Shown piece by piece: positions 13,140 through 25,690 of a stretch of DNA of 64,000 nt. The stretch lies in the NCBI RefSeq assembly GCF_036321535.1, contig NC_087437.1:76448001-76512000 (forward strand), given 5' to 3'. The notes beneath the pieces are model-generated. The model did not search any database. It saw nothing but the letters and a program-made list of their open reading frames with translations, and was not told where the DNA came from. The stretch comes from Camelus dromedarius. Lineage: Eukaryota. How positions within the stretch are numbered: position 1 is the stretch's first letter; every line of letters begins with the position of its first letter. A program made the position numbers and the translations under genes.

Positions 13140-14520
13140 ACTTAGTAAGGACTTATTTCTGTTTTCCATCGCAGTTGTTTTCTCTTACTCATACATTATT
13201 TAGAAGTGTATTGCTTAATTACCAAACATTGAGAAATTTTTCTAGTTATGTTTATGTCACTATCCTTTAGTTTAATTTCACTCCAGTCAAAAAACATACT
13301 CTATGATTTCAGTTCTTTAAAATTTGTTAACAATTGCTGTGGTCTACTTTGGCGAAAATCTAAGTGCATTTGAAAAAAAAAATTGTACTTTGCAGTTGTT
13401 GACTTTAGTGACTATATTCTTGCTGATTATTCTGTCAGTTATTACAACATATCCAAGAATGATTGTGGATTTGTCTCTTTTGCCTTTATGTATTAGGGGA
13501 CACAAATTTAGGAATGTTTTATCTTCCTGTTTAATGGACTCTTCTGTGATTTTGAAATATCACTCTATTTCTAGTAATACAGTCTTCTTTGCTTGGTATT
13601 AGTAAAGCTGTAGTAGCTTTCTTTTGTTTAGTTTTTGCATTCTATGTATTTTTGCATTCTTTTTGTTTTTAAGGTTTCTGTGTTCTTATATTTAAAGTCT
13701 GTCTCTTATAAACATCATATAGCTGAATCTTATTGGTTTGGTTTAATTCAGTCCAACAGTCTTTGTCTTTTAATTGAAGTCTTTGTTCTATTTACATCTC
13801 ATATAACTACTGATACAGTTTGTGTTATGGACTGAATGTTTCCTCCTAAAATCCATATGTTGAAACCATACCTCTTAATGTGATGCTGTTAGGAGGTAGA
13901 ATCTTTGGGAGGTAACTAGGATTAGATGAGGTCATGATGGTAAAGCACTCATGAAAGGGATTAGTGCCCTTAGGGGGAACTTGCTTCCCCTTTCTGATCT
14001 CTGCCATGTGAGAATACAAGAAGAAATCAGTATTCTGCAACCTGGAGGAGGGCTCTCACCAGAACTCAACCATGCTAGCACCCTGATCTGGGGCTTATAG
14101 TCTTCAGAACTGTGAGAAATAAATTTCTGTTGTTTATAAACCATCTAGGCTATGGTATTTTGTTATAGCAGCCCAAACTGACTAAAATAGTTTGGTTTAT
14201 GTCTAACAACATATTATTTGTTTTTGATATATATCATCTGCTCTTTGATCCTTTATTTTTCTTTTCTTGAAATACCTTAGATTAATCAGGTATTGTTCAT
14301 TATTCTGTTTTCCCTCTATAGGGATTTTCAGTTATACAATTTGGAAATTATTATTTTTGGTGTTTTCTGTATAATTACACTATATATCCATATTTTATTG
14401 TGGTCTGCTTTAAATTTAGTAACTTTACCAGTTACTGACCAATACCGCAGCAGTTTAATTCCATTTACCCACCTGCTGCCATTTGTGCTAGTGTTGCCAT
14501 GTATCTTAACACCATGAGAC
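13140..14520 (-). mobile_element. Old L1 fragment, antisense, interrupted by an MLT1A-type LTR
   Basis: 'ttagaagtgtattgcttaatt', 'gattgtggatttgtct', 'tctcttataaacatcatatagctg'. Confidence 0.75.
13823..14189 (+). mobile_element. MaLR solo LTR (MLT1A-like) with 5-bp TSD
   Basis: Starts 'tgttatggactgaatg', ends 'gcagcccaaactgactaaaata'. GTTTG duplicated at 13818-13822 and 14190-14194. Confidence 0.9.
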
Positions 14521-17144
14521 ATGAACATGAATTGAAGGGAATTCAAATGCAGATTTTTGGATCCTTCTCTCAATTACTTTACTGTTTGGGATTTTGATGT
14601 TCAATTCTAAGACACACTGGCAGTCTTGAATTCAGACATCTTTCCCTGCAGCCCAGTAAGATTGTCACTTTCTGCTTGAGCTATATTCCCTCCATCACAA
14701 CTAGAAGGAATGCCCTCAGAAAAAAGCCATAGCACAAATGTAGTTTCACCGTATGTGCTTCTCTTCTCTCAGGGACTAAGAGAATCATGCCCATTCTGGT
14801 TTCTTGCCAGGTCCTTCAAACAGTTGATTTATGTATGCCATCCAGCTTTTATAGTTGTTCTTGGCAGAAGGCTTTGTTCAATACCAGTACTTTATCATGC
14901 ATGGCTGAGACTGGAAATCCCTTAGAACATTTTTATAAACAAATTTCTCCTCATCTAGTATTTGATACACCAATGGTATAGTTCATGTAAATGCATAATT
15001 ATTTTTTATCAGTATTTGAAACAATGAGATAATCTTTATATTCTTCTATTTTGACAAAATATTTTTTTTAGTATAATTACAAAATCATAGATTTAAACAT
15101 ATTTGTTGTACTTCCATTCATTGTAGGTACTCTTCTTAGTGATGCCCAAGTTTTCCAATCTTTGACCATTTATGTCTCTTTAAGTAGCTCTTGAATCTTT
15201 TTTTCATGACCCTGGTGGGCTTTGATACCTTCATTGTTACATGTTTGACAAGATATTTCTAGGATCATCTTGTGTATTTTTTTCTTTCTAGATCTGGAAT
15301 TAGCGATTTATCTAAGGAACCAAAGATAGAGTATGAGAGGAGGATCAAGGGTCAGTGGTGTTCTCAGGACACCACCAAGTTTCATTTAAAGCAGGAAGGT
15401 AAAGAGCCTAACCAGAAGAAAACTGAAGATATAGATGATTTTACTGATGATGGTTTATAATTTCTAGAGGGCAGAAAGACTCTTAGAGGTAGGAAAAGGG
15501 TGAGAGATTAGGTGAAATGAATGAGTAAAAAGGAGATGGAGAATGAAAGGTGGGTGAATACTAACATGTATTGTATATTAAACCACTTAGTATATGTGTG
15601 CTTGTTTCTTGTCCTAACAAATTTCAATATATTAAAAATCATCATCAGATTATCCCCATATTGCTAATAATTGAATAGACACAAGTATAGAACTTGACTG
15701 AGGATATCCATCGGCTCTGCCTTTGTTTGTATCAAAAATGTATCTGGAAAATAACTCTGTACAGAGCTCAGAAAATGCAAATATTTCCTTTTTTCTATTA
15801 TCCTAGTTAAGTGGTCCCCTTTGAGAAGTGGGAAGAATTGTCAGACACTGTATTGAAAGAATGAGTAGAAGGACTCTAATTCATTTGTACATTTTATTCG
15901 GTAATAACTCTTCTCCATTCACTATGATGTTACTGTTATAACTGTAATACATTTAACTATTTATTTCATATACATTTATTATTGAAGGAGTCTTTGTGTA
16001 TGAACTGTTGATTGATATTTTCTGTTGGACTGATGGAGTTTAGAGAAATTCCTGGGATGAACAGTATAACTATTTGCAATGTTACCTTCCTGGGCAGGAG
16101 TCTCCTGAAATTGTAGTTATGCTAAGGAAGACAGTTGAATAGTAAAGTCCTATTAATGTTGCATAAACTGTGTATGTTTGTGTGTATGTGTTTGTGTGTA
16201 TGTGTTTGTGTGTATGTGGTACATGGTTTTGATTTTCACTGAGACGTCTCTTATTTCAAGAATTTCATTAAGTCTAGTGGTAGAGATAGCTAAGCTATAG
16301 AAAATATTTAGAATAAGTAATAAATGCTTTATGCTTGGGCAGCAGGGAGCATGAGAGGCTTCACTCAGGAGATGATCCTTGAGTCTTCTTGCTGGAGTTC
16401 ACCCAGAGTGGAAGGAGTCATTCCAAACAGAGCATTGCAAGGGTGCGTAAGGGAGAAGGATAGACAATAAGGCTATAATGTGGCTAAATCTAATGGGCTT
16501 TTATGCCATCCTAAGGAGTTTGGACTTTATCCTATACCAGAAAGGGCAAATAACCATTTGTTTAAATTAGGTATGGGCAAGAGATATTTGGTTAGTAGAA
16601 TAGAACCAGAGCATTTTAAATAATTAGGTATTGGAGATTAGGGAAAAGGATATGTTAAGTGGGCTTCCCACGTCCCTGATTTTATAACTGGATGAATAAT
16701 AGAGTGGAGTGGGAGTGGAAATGAGCAGTCGTTGGGGGAATGTGAAAATGATGAATTTAATATTTATATATCTCTGTTAATACAATTATGTATAGTGTGT
16801 GTGAGCGTATCTCTCATGGCATTTTTTAACCCTATGTATCTTTTAGGATAACCTCTCTACTTTTCACAGATAATGAAATGTATTCCTATGTTTTTATCAG
16901 GAAACATTTATCTTGCTGCCCTTTCAGCTATTTACTTGTTCTGCAAGTTTTCATGTTTCCTTGAATAATGTTATATACCCAGTGGATATTTTTATAATGA
17001 AAAGTCACACATAGGGCTTTTTCTCATAGAGATAATATCAGTCACTTCAAAAAAGTGTCATCACACAAAAATGGGCCAGATTGAAAATTAGCGGGATACA
17101 CCTTGCTGGTTGCAGCCACAAAAGGGGTTTGGTACTTAAGTGAT

Positions 17145-17204
17145 TTAGACTTTAAGGGAGGAGTTAACTGAAAATTAGACTTTAAGGGAGGGGTTAACTG
17201 AAAA
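17145..17204. repeat. 30-bp tandem duplication (2 copies, 1 mismatch)
   Basis: ttagactttaagggagg(a/g)gttaactgaaaa x2. Confidence 0.95.
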
Positions 17205-17682
17205 TCCTTGAAGAAGACACGAGCAGCATAGAGACGGAGAGACAGGGTGGTGTCAAGAGTGGAAAAGAATGCGTAGTTTGGGAGGCTGCTCTTTGATACA
17301 TTTTTGGCTTGCATTGGAGTCTGCCAGATTAACTGAGTTTTCAATTCCCTTGCTTTTTATTTCATGTATAATTTTAAAAGTGAAATGTTTATACTTCTGT
17401 AAGTGAAAATATTGAGAGAGAGATGGATTTGAAATCATTTATTCCATCAAGTTCCTTGTCTTGGTAGGAGGTAAACAGAGTTATAAAGAGTCATGAAGCA
17501 CCATCACAGTGTCTCCCGTTTGTCTCTTTCTCCATCACTTTAGGTCTTCAATGCCTCACTCCTGACTGACTGAAATCAACCTCTATCTGTTGTGTTTCTA
17601 TTTCTAGACTTCCCTTCTGATGCGTTTCAAACACTACTGCAAAGGAATTTAAATACCACTCAACAAGTCTTAACAATATGCA

Positions 17683-18010
17683 TGTTGCTAACTTAATTAA
17701 ACAAGGAAGTCATTAGACTGTGTGGCTCTGATGCCCAGGTGGCCTATAAGCAAACCAACCTCTAAGCCTGTAAATACGTCAGGGTTAGGAAATCAAAACT
17801 CTGAGGACAACCAATCAGAAATAGCCAACTAGGTGTCAAGTTTTAACCAATCAATAATTTCCTTTCTTTGTTTCCACACTTCTCCATATATAATCTTCCC
17901 CCTGGCTCCTGTTGCCAGAGCGTTCCTGACCACTTTTGATTTGGGATTGCCTGATTCACATCTAGTTTTGCTCAAATAAACTCTTAAAAATTTCAGTTTA
18001 TCTTTTAACA
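17683..18010 (+). mobile_element. ERV1-class solo LTR
   Basis: TG...CA ends, two 'aaccaatca' CCAAT boxes, TATA-like 'catatataa' and 'ctcaaataaactct...ttatcttttaaca' end. Confidence 0.7.
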
Positions 18011-18709
18011 GTTTTCTTTGACTCAGCTTGTACTTTCAGCCAGACCTCTAGTTTTTGTTTTTAACTTCAATATGGGGTTAATGTTTTTGAAATTTCTTTC
18101 CAAAAGGCTTGAATAAAGTTCAAATACATTACCTCGGGATTTGAAACTTTCCCAGATCTGGTTGCAGATTTATTAACAGCCATTCTTCCCTTTGGCCATC
18201 ATGAACCTCTCCACATTTCTTGCCCATGTCACCTCACTTTCATATGGCTTTACTGTCCATCACTAGACCATAGACACCACAAATGCTGATCTCCAGGAAT
18301 TTGAGCAATGGGAAGATTTTGAAATGAATGAGTCATTCATGAATCATCCATTCATTTGTCTATTCCCTCCTCAATCTCTGCATATCTAAATTCTGTGCTT
18401 ACTTTAAGGCTTAGATTAAATACCCACCTCTTTCATGATAGTTTCCCAGATTCCTTCACACAGAACTGTGTGCTCTGAATTACCATAATATTTTATTTGT
18501 ACCTCTTTTGTGATTCTTATTTTCTTTTTTATTATTCTCTAGAATGGAGTCTATATTATATTAACTTTTGTATCTTCCCTAGATCTTAGATTCATGGTCG
18601 TTAGCACATAATAGGCACTTATTCAATGTTCCTTGAGTTCATTAATTAGTAATTAAAATGAAAAAAGACCTGAGAGGTGATTGTTGCTTGAACGCCTGAA
18701 TCTCTAGAA

Positions 18710-18748
18710 TAAAGATATATGGATCTCTGTAAAGATATATGGATCTCT
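18710..18748. repeat. 20-bp tandem duplication
   Basis: taaagatatatggatctct x2. Confidence 0.9.
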
Positions 18749-19772
18749 CTTTTTATAAAAACTTTAAAAAAAAAACTAGTGAAAGTAAAATTATGGCCAA
18801 TTTTGGTATTAACATATCAGTGATTAACAACTTTGATAATAGAAACAGCCATGCTTTATTGAAAACTGACTCTGTGCCAGGCAATCTGATCACTTTAAGT
18901 ATATTATCTTGGATCTTCAAACCTTATGAGGGACTCTATCCATTTAAATAATGAGCATATTGAGGCTGAGGCTGAGTCTTTTAATTTCTAAGTATGTATG
19001 TGAACTAAGATTTAAATGTTGACCTGACTGACTCCAAAGCTGTACCTACTTGCCCATACCTCTGCACTTTTTGGCTTAAGAAATATTTTTTGTTAACTAA
19101 GCTATATGTCTTGTGTGATGTCCACAGTGGAGACACAAACATGGCCAGGAAGCCTGGCTATCTGCAGTGACAGGCCTTAGTCTCCTCAGTGGAGAGCTGA
19201 TGACTATTCTGCTGTGACAAAGGAAGAAGGTACCCTTAGTAAACTTTTAAGTGAAGTCCCAGAATTTAAGTTGATCTTGATCGCCATTTTCTATAACAAA
19301 TGATTTTTACAACCTGGAATTTAGTGGTGAAAGGGAATGTTGGGAATATTTCTGACTGTGGCTACCTGATTACTGTTTAAAGACCTGTATATTCTGAGGA
19401 CCAGGAGGTCACAGGATTGCCTTCCTCTACACTGCCTCATTAACTTAATTTCCCCTGCCTACTCTCTCTCCAGTCATCCCTGAGAAATGCTAATTGTAAT
19501 GACTCTGGAGTCAATGGAAAGTAAAAACCACACAGGTACAAAACAGTTAAACTACAGAATTCCAATTTTATTTCATAGCATCAGAGTTTTGATTTTCTTT
19601 TTTGGTTGTTAAAAAAAAATACAGTATGGCTAGGTCAATGATCTTTTAATTCTGTAACTGTGTACTGGGTATATTATGTTTTACATGGGAACTGGAGAAT
19701 ATTACCTCTCTTTCCTTCCGTTTCCATAACTGACAAGAGTTAGGTAAGTGAGGAATGTTGTAGCTCTTTCTT

Positions 19773-19946
19773 TTTTTTAGTTTTTAAACTTAAAAAAATT
19801 TATTATTGAGGTATAATAAACATACAATATATTAGTTTCAGATGTACAACATAGTGGTTTGACATTTGTGAACACTGAGGTCACCACAATAAGTTTACTT
19901 ACTATCTGTCACCTTACAAAGTTAATACAATATTACTGACTAACTA
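19773..19946 (-). mobile_element. Strongly 5'-truncated L1 3' end with perfect 12-bp TSD
   Basis: 'attgaggtataataaacatacaatatattagtttcagatgtacaacatagt'. TAGCTCTTTCTT at 19761-19772 and 19947-19958. Confidence 0.85.
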
Positions 19947-21515
19947 TAGCTCTTTCTTGGTTGTCTTCTTCCTGCTCTTACAGTTAGTAAGATTTTCTGC
20001 CTCTCCACTTCAGTACTTCTTTTAGTATCTCCCAGTAGTGATAATCATTCATTTTTTTTTTGGATGGTGATTTATATTTTGCATATCCATTATCTTATTT
20101 TAGCCTAAAAATAACTATCTTATGGAAAGAAGATTGATGGTATTTTCATCTCCATTTTACAGATAAGGGGATAGGTCCTTTTCCTTTTGACTGTGGGAAA
20201 AATAGCATTTATCCTGCCATCAACTTCAAAACTGTATGGTTGTAGCAGAGCACCAGAAGACACACAGCTGAACTCAGGTTTCTCTTCTTTGTTTTCTCTT
20301 GTACTTATCAGTACATCGACTACTAGTTAAGAGCATAGCCTTTGTATTAGGACAGCAGGAATACAAGTCTCAGCTCTGACACTTGGAAGCTGCATGTTAT
20401 TGGACAAGTTACTTGACCTACCTAAACCTCAATTTCATATTCTAAAAAAGTAAAGATTATGCTATTTAAACCTCTCTGAACGAAATAATGTTGGGAACTA
20501 TTTAATTCCAGGTCATCATCATTGTACTTACACTCATCTATTCAAACTGGGTATGTGTTCCAGTATTTGATCATTCCCTCTACAAATATTTACATGTCCA
20601 CTATATACCAGACATTGTTCTGTAAGCCAGATACACACAGTCTTTGCTCTCATCAAAATGTACGTAACAATGTCTAAGTTCATTCTGATATCAGAGTGCA
20701 CACGGAAGAATATCTAAGGCTATGCACATGTCAAAAGGTCAGAATTTTGATAGGAACTAAACAGAAAAATGACAATGAGCTGCAGTAAGGAAGGAGGAAA
20801 ACCAGGCAAGTGCGATGTTGTTCTAGAAACCAAGCCAAGAAAGTGTTTCAAGATGGTGGTAGTGTAGTGGTCAATTGCATTAAATGCCTTTGTGAGTCAG
20901 AGCAAGTTAGAGCCTGGGAATGAAGCTTTGATTCTGGCAAGATGGATATCATTGGTGTCTTTGCTAAAGGCAGCTTTAATGAAGGGAGGGAAAACAGAAA
21001 ACAACAATTTATAGGAATGGTTCATACAAGTTTACAGGAATGAATTTCCAGCATCCGTAGCTCATGATCACTGGAATTCTTCTCTTCTAAAAAAGAATCT
21101 TGTATTTATTTTTTGGTAGTGTGGCTGACTTATTCAAATTGAACTTTTATAGTACTGCTATCATCATACCTGTTCGCCTTCAAGGCTTTATCTCTGTATC
21201 AGCATACCTAGAAATATGTCCTTTGAACTAGCCTTTCCATTGTCGGTTTTCTTTTATACTTACCACTGAGTAGAGCCTAATACCCTAGAATAACGTTAAT
21301 CATCCTGTCTTATTTCCCTAAAATCTAGCATTTTATACTTGATAAAACCATACATCTTGGTGGCCTGGTAAATTGTTCAACATTTTGAGGGATTTCAGCC
21401 ATTTTAAGAAACTCATGTGCCACCATTTGCAGACTTCTTTTAACACATGGCACTTATTTTCTCATACAGAACAAGAAATTCATTTCTTGTAAGGTAACCT
21501 AGAGACAAGCAAATT

Positions 21516-21649
21516 GGGGGGGGTGCAGGGAGGGAAGTAATTGGGTTTATTTATTTATTTATTTTTTTTAGAGGAAGTACTGGAGATTGAACCCAGGACC
21601 TTGTGCATGCTAAGCATGTGTTCTAGCACTTTGAGCTATACCCTCCCCC
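21516..21649 (-). mobile_element. tRNA-derived SINE (Vic-1-like) with TSD
   Basis: 'gattgaacccaggaccttgtgcatgctaagcatgtgttctagcactttgagctataccctccccc'. TSD ga(c/t)aagcaaatt at 21504-21515 and 21650-21661. Confidence 0.9.
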
Positions 21650-23933
21650 GATAAGCAAATTTGAGTACGCCTCTCATTGGTTTGTTTCTTGGGATCTCAA
21701 ATACTAAAATGCATGATGGTTTCTGGCATTTAATTTCTTGTTTTAGAGAGAATGTTGAGATATTTGAGAGATGGTGTTTGAGCTTGCTTTTGAGCTTTGC
21801 TGTCAGGATTGGGGTCTCTAACTTTGGAAAGGAATCACCCTCATGTTTGACACAGGACACAGGAACTCTCTCTAGAAATTCCAAATATTTCAGCCTGAAT
21901 TGGTTTAGCAAATTGCCAGCGCCAAAGAGAATCCATTCAGATTTAACATTTCTTTAAAAAAAATGTTTAAAATTTTATTTCCATTAAAACATTTCCATAA
22001 AAAGAATATGTAGTAAACATGTGGAATACCTGACATTTGACTGTAGTGTTTTCTCCATGTTATTATGAGCACATGACATAAGAGAAACATATTATCTTGA
22101 TTTTAGACAGCAAATCTGATGAGGATTTAGAGAATAACCAGTATTTTTTTTAAACTTAAGTGCAAGTATTTTATAAGTGAATAAAGCAGGAGTTTATTTT
22201 TCAGTAAAAGCCTTCCCTAAGCCTAAGCTTTCTTTATTAACATATCAGGATATAGAAATGGGCTTTATGATAACAAATAACAGATCCTTTCACCATTTGA
22301 AAAGAAAAAAATGCTATTTGCTGAGCATTTTGAATTGTAAAGACAGAATTTTAAAAATGAATACCTTCGAGAATTTTTTTCTTGTGAAAGTTTCTTAGAG
22401 GAGAACAGTTTTCTAAAGCTAGTGGCTCTCTTAATCTGCATTCCTAGCCAAGTGTGACAATAACAAGCTCTTTGCCCAGAGATGAGTTACCTGCCTCAGG
22501 TAGATGGATCATGAGCAATTTAGGCCATTGCTTCATTATGTGAGACAGAATATGTTGTTATTAGATTTGCAATACCATTTACACAGAAGCTTTATTTAGA
22601 GAATCTGTGAGTGCTTGCCTATCATTGAATATTTGCCGTAAGTCCATAGGGTGAAAGCTATGAAGCTGTTTCCTTCGAGTAAAAGTGATTCACCAAATAG
22701 AGAAGTCATAGCCAACATGTTTAAAGGCATCATGTACTCTATACATGAGTATATAGGAAAGAAATAGGGCCTCCAGCTCACACATCATGCCATTTCTTTG
22801 TGTAGATTGCCTTGGGGAATAATATTTTTTAAAATATAAGTATCCGTAGAAAATAGGAATAGCAGATCATTTGCTCCTCACTGTTCACACTTGCTAAGAC
22901 TCTTACAGAGATTCTCCCTGGGCACATGAATCAGTTTAATAATGATTGCTGCCAGTTGGTGGCTAGACATCAGACTGCCAGCCTACTCAACAGTGTTGCC
23001 ATCTGCTATTTGGATTCACAGTGTGCTGCTGCTACGCACCATCTCATTAAGAACGGGACCCTTGTGAGCTATAGACAGTAGCTTATTCAAGTGAGCTGAG
23101 GCAGACTCCTCCCCAAGCCACATTTGTAGAGGCTGTGTGCATCTCATCTTATCTGGGAATTGCTCTGTGCTGATCATGTGGTCTGGTAGCTCACTGTCTC
23201 TGATCATTTAGGTGTTAGTCTTTTGAGCCAGCTCCTTATTTCATAGCAGTATTAAAATACAAAAATGATTATTTCAAAGATTTATAAAAAAAAAATTCAT
23301 TCCACTTTCCATTTTACATCTTGAAATGATTTTAGTCAGTGGCTTGCCAAACACAAATATTCTAATAAGTTAAGTGTATTATAATCCATTGGGGTTTTTT
23401 GGATAGCCTTGCCAGTTCTGAAGATTTTTCAGTTTTGTGGAAATTCCCACTGCCTAGTTTTTATTTCTTGGAAACTGATTTTCAAAGGCTTTCATTATAC
23501 TTTTCCTTTTTCTTCTCCTGCTAAATATCCAAAGGCATCTGTGAATGCAAAATAGTTGTATTTGTCAGACAAAAATCAGTGCATTTTATCCATCTTCACC
23601 AATCATCTTAGAGAATTTAGCATTGTTACAGGAAAACAAAATTTATTTGCATAGGTCATATAATATTTAGATCTCTTCATCTGCCTCAATGCATAATGCA
23701 TTCTGTAGCACTTTAAGAATTAGACAATTATTTCTCAAAATTGGGCCAGTTTTAAACTGCAAAGGATTTAGGGGCTGGTGTTCAGGCTTAGGCACCCCTC
23801 CCCCACTTCCCCTGACACACTTACCCTGTTCTCATACTTGCACTTACCCTCATCCAAAATGTGTTTCTTAAACCCTGTTTGTTAGGTGCTCTGTGAAGAA
23901 AGGCTTTTGTGGGCAGACAATTGGGAAGTGGGG

Positions 23934-24370
23934 CATCTCAGGCTGGGTTCTCCAAGATGCAGACTCTGAGATGTAGCTTAACCAGCAGGACTTTTTTAAG
24001 ATGAGCTCTTGGGACCAATACTTGCAGAAAAAAGGGGAAGAAGCAGGATCGGGTAGAAGGAAAAGCTGAGTTGTAATTGCAGGTCCAGCAACGCCTTGGC
24101 CAACATCACAGGGAGCTCTGGAGTTGGAATGACTTTCAAACTTGTCCTGATATGGGCAGGAGAACAACTCTATAACCTTGCCGTGATAGGGCGCTGGATA
24201 TGGGCAACCCCATAAAGGGGTGTGACGTTAGGTAAGGTGGATCCCTGCAGCTGAGGCAATTCCCAAAGAGGGCTGACAGCTGCAGACTGCCTGCTGACAG
24301 TACTCCCAGTAAATAAGGAGCGAGTCCTTCTTGAAGGAGGATCCGAGGCTGACATTATAATGCTGCCACT
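23934..24370 (-). mobile_element. ERVL solo LTR (LTR16-like)
   Basis: 'tcaggctgggttctccaagatgcagactctgagatg...'; near-TSD tgggg / tgggc. Confidence 0.75.
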
Positions 24371-24750
24371 TGGGCCAGGTCAAATCATCTCTTTTGGAGA
24401 GTTGTAGTAAACTTTGACATATGAGTGGCTTTGAAACTCTGGCACTGAAGAAACCTTCCAACTTTGTTTCTTTCCTAACATCAGTTCATATCCTATGGAA
24501 CTAGGGTTCCACCAAACATAATTTGATTAATCTCTCCCTAATCTTATAGAACCTTGCTGGCTATGTTAAAAGAACTGAGTACAGATTGTTTGTTTTCTCC
24601 AGGCTTCCCTTTTTTATAAGTCCTAATTGAAAACTTTGGTATTACCCTTCTAGTTATGGGCTTGCAAGTCACATGCTCAGGTGTGGAAAAAGAGCTTCAT
24701 TTTTCCATAACTGAACCTAATTCATATTTTAAGCTCGCCTTCTGCCTAGT

Positions 24751-24786
24751 CGTGCGCGCGCGTGCATACACACACACACACACACA
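24751..24786. repeat. Alternating purine-pyrimidine tract (CG)n/(CA)n
   Basis: cgtgcgcgcgcgtgcatacacacacacacacacaca. Confidence 0.95.
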
Positions 24787-24852
24787 GAATCCTTAACTTT
24801 ATTCATTTTCCAGGTATATAGACATTCTATTCTAAAATAAGTGAATACAACA

Positions 24853-25690
24853 TCTTCTCTTCCAGCCAGGGTTGTGGCTAAGCTCCAGGGGACTTCAGAC
24901 ATGTCTTGTCCTTGGGGGATACATCTGATTCTTGATTGGCATCTGTCCACAGCTGGCATCCACTGAGATGAACACCATCCTTTCTGGTCTTCACCAACAT
25001 CACCCTCCATGTTGACATTCGATGAGATGTCTGCATTTACATCCAGTACCTCTTCAGAGAGTTCTTACTCCATCTCTGGCCAAGAGGTCCCTTGAGTCTG
25101 CCAGCTCTTGGGGTCATTTTTCAAATGCTTTCAATCCCACCAAGAGAAAAACATTAGCTTGATTCTGTGGTCTCATAATGTCTCTGACGTAGTTTAGGAT
25201 CTATCTGCCTAGCTACTCAATGCAATCCAATTTTAATGCCACAGTGTCAATATAACACTACGGGACTTTCTCAGGATAACCAGATAGAGAGTAGAGCACT
25301 GGTCTCTCTGTTCTTAGATCACATTTTTGGGGGTGTTCTTTCATGCTCTAAATTAGAATATTGAAGTTTTCTTCAGAACCCTCATTAGCAGGTAACTCTC
25401 TCAGTTTCTCTCTATCTGTGATTTACTTCTTAGTGCTGAGTTTTTGAGTTTTTTGTTTGTTTGTTTGTTTGTGAGTTTGGAGGAGATAGGCACAGAAGAG
25501 ATTGGCTAGACAAGTATCCTTCCAATCCTCCATTTTATGCCATGATTTTGGGCCTTAGAAACTCAAAGCCAATATCTTATTTTTCTTTGGATGAGTCTTC
25601 TATGAACTCTCTTCCTTAAAGCATGAGGCCTTCAAGACTAGTTTGAGTAGGGGAATGAACTTGGCTGAGGGGAAGGTGCTAAGTATTATG
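24853..25690 (-). mobile_element. Decayed Ty3/Gypsy integrase core and C-terminal GPY/F region, ending in the PPT
   Basis: Manual minus-strand translation with frameshifts, in order: *DIGFEF (~SDNGxEF), NHGIK, SKSQIER...VLKK (~SNGQxER), KNTP, RQRHYE...FSLGG, LKGPL, GVHLS. Confidence 0.65.

Larger units (their letters stand above)
23624..24852 (-). mobile_element. Putative 3' LTR of the Gypsy fossil, interrupted by an LTR16-like element
   Basis: On the minus strand the purine tract GGAAGAGAAGA (24863-24853) is followed directly by TGTTGTA. The tentative far end is AATAAA (23647-23642) then ...TGTAACA (23624). The far boundary is uncertain. Confidence 0.45.
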
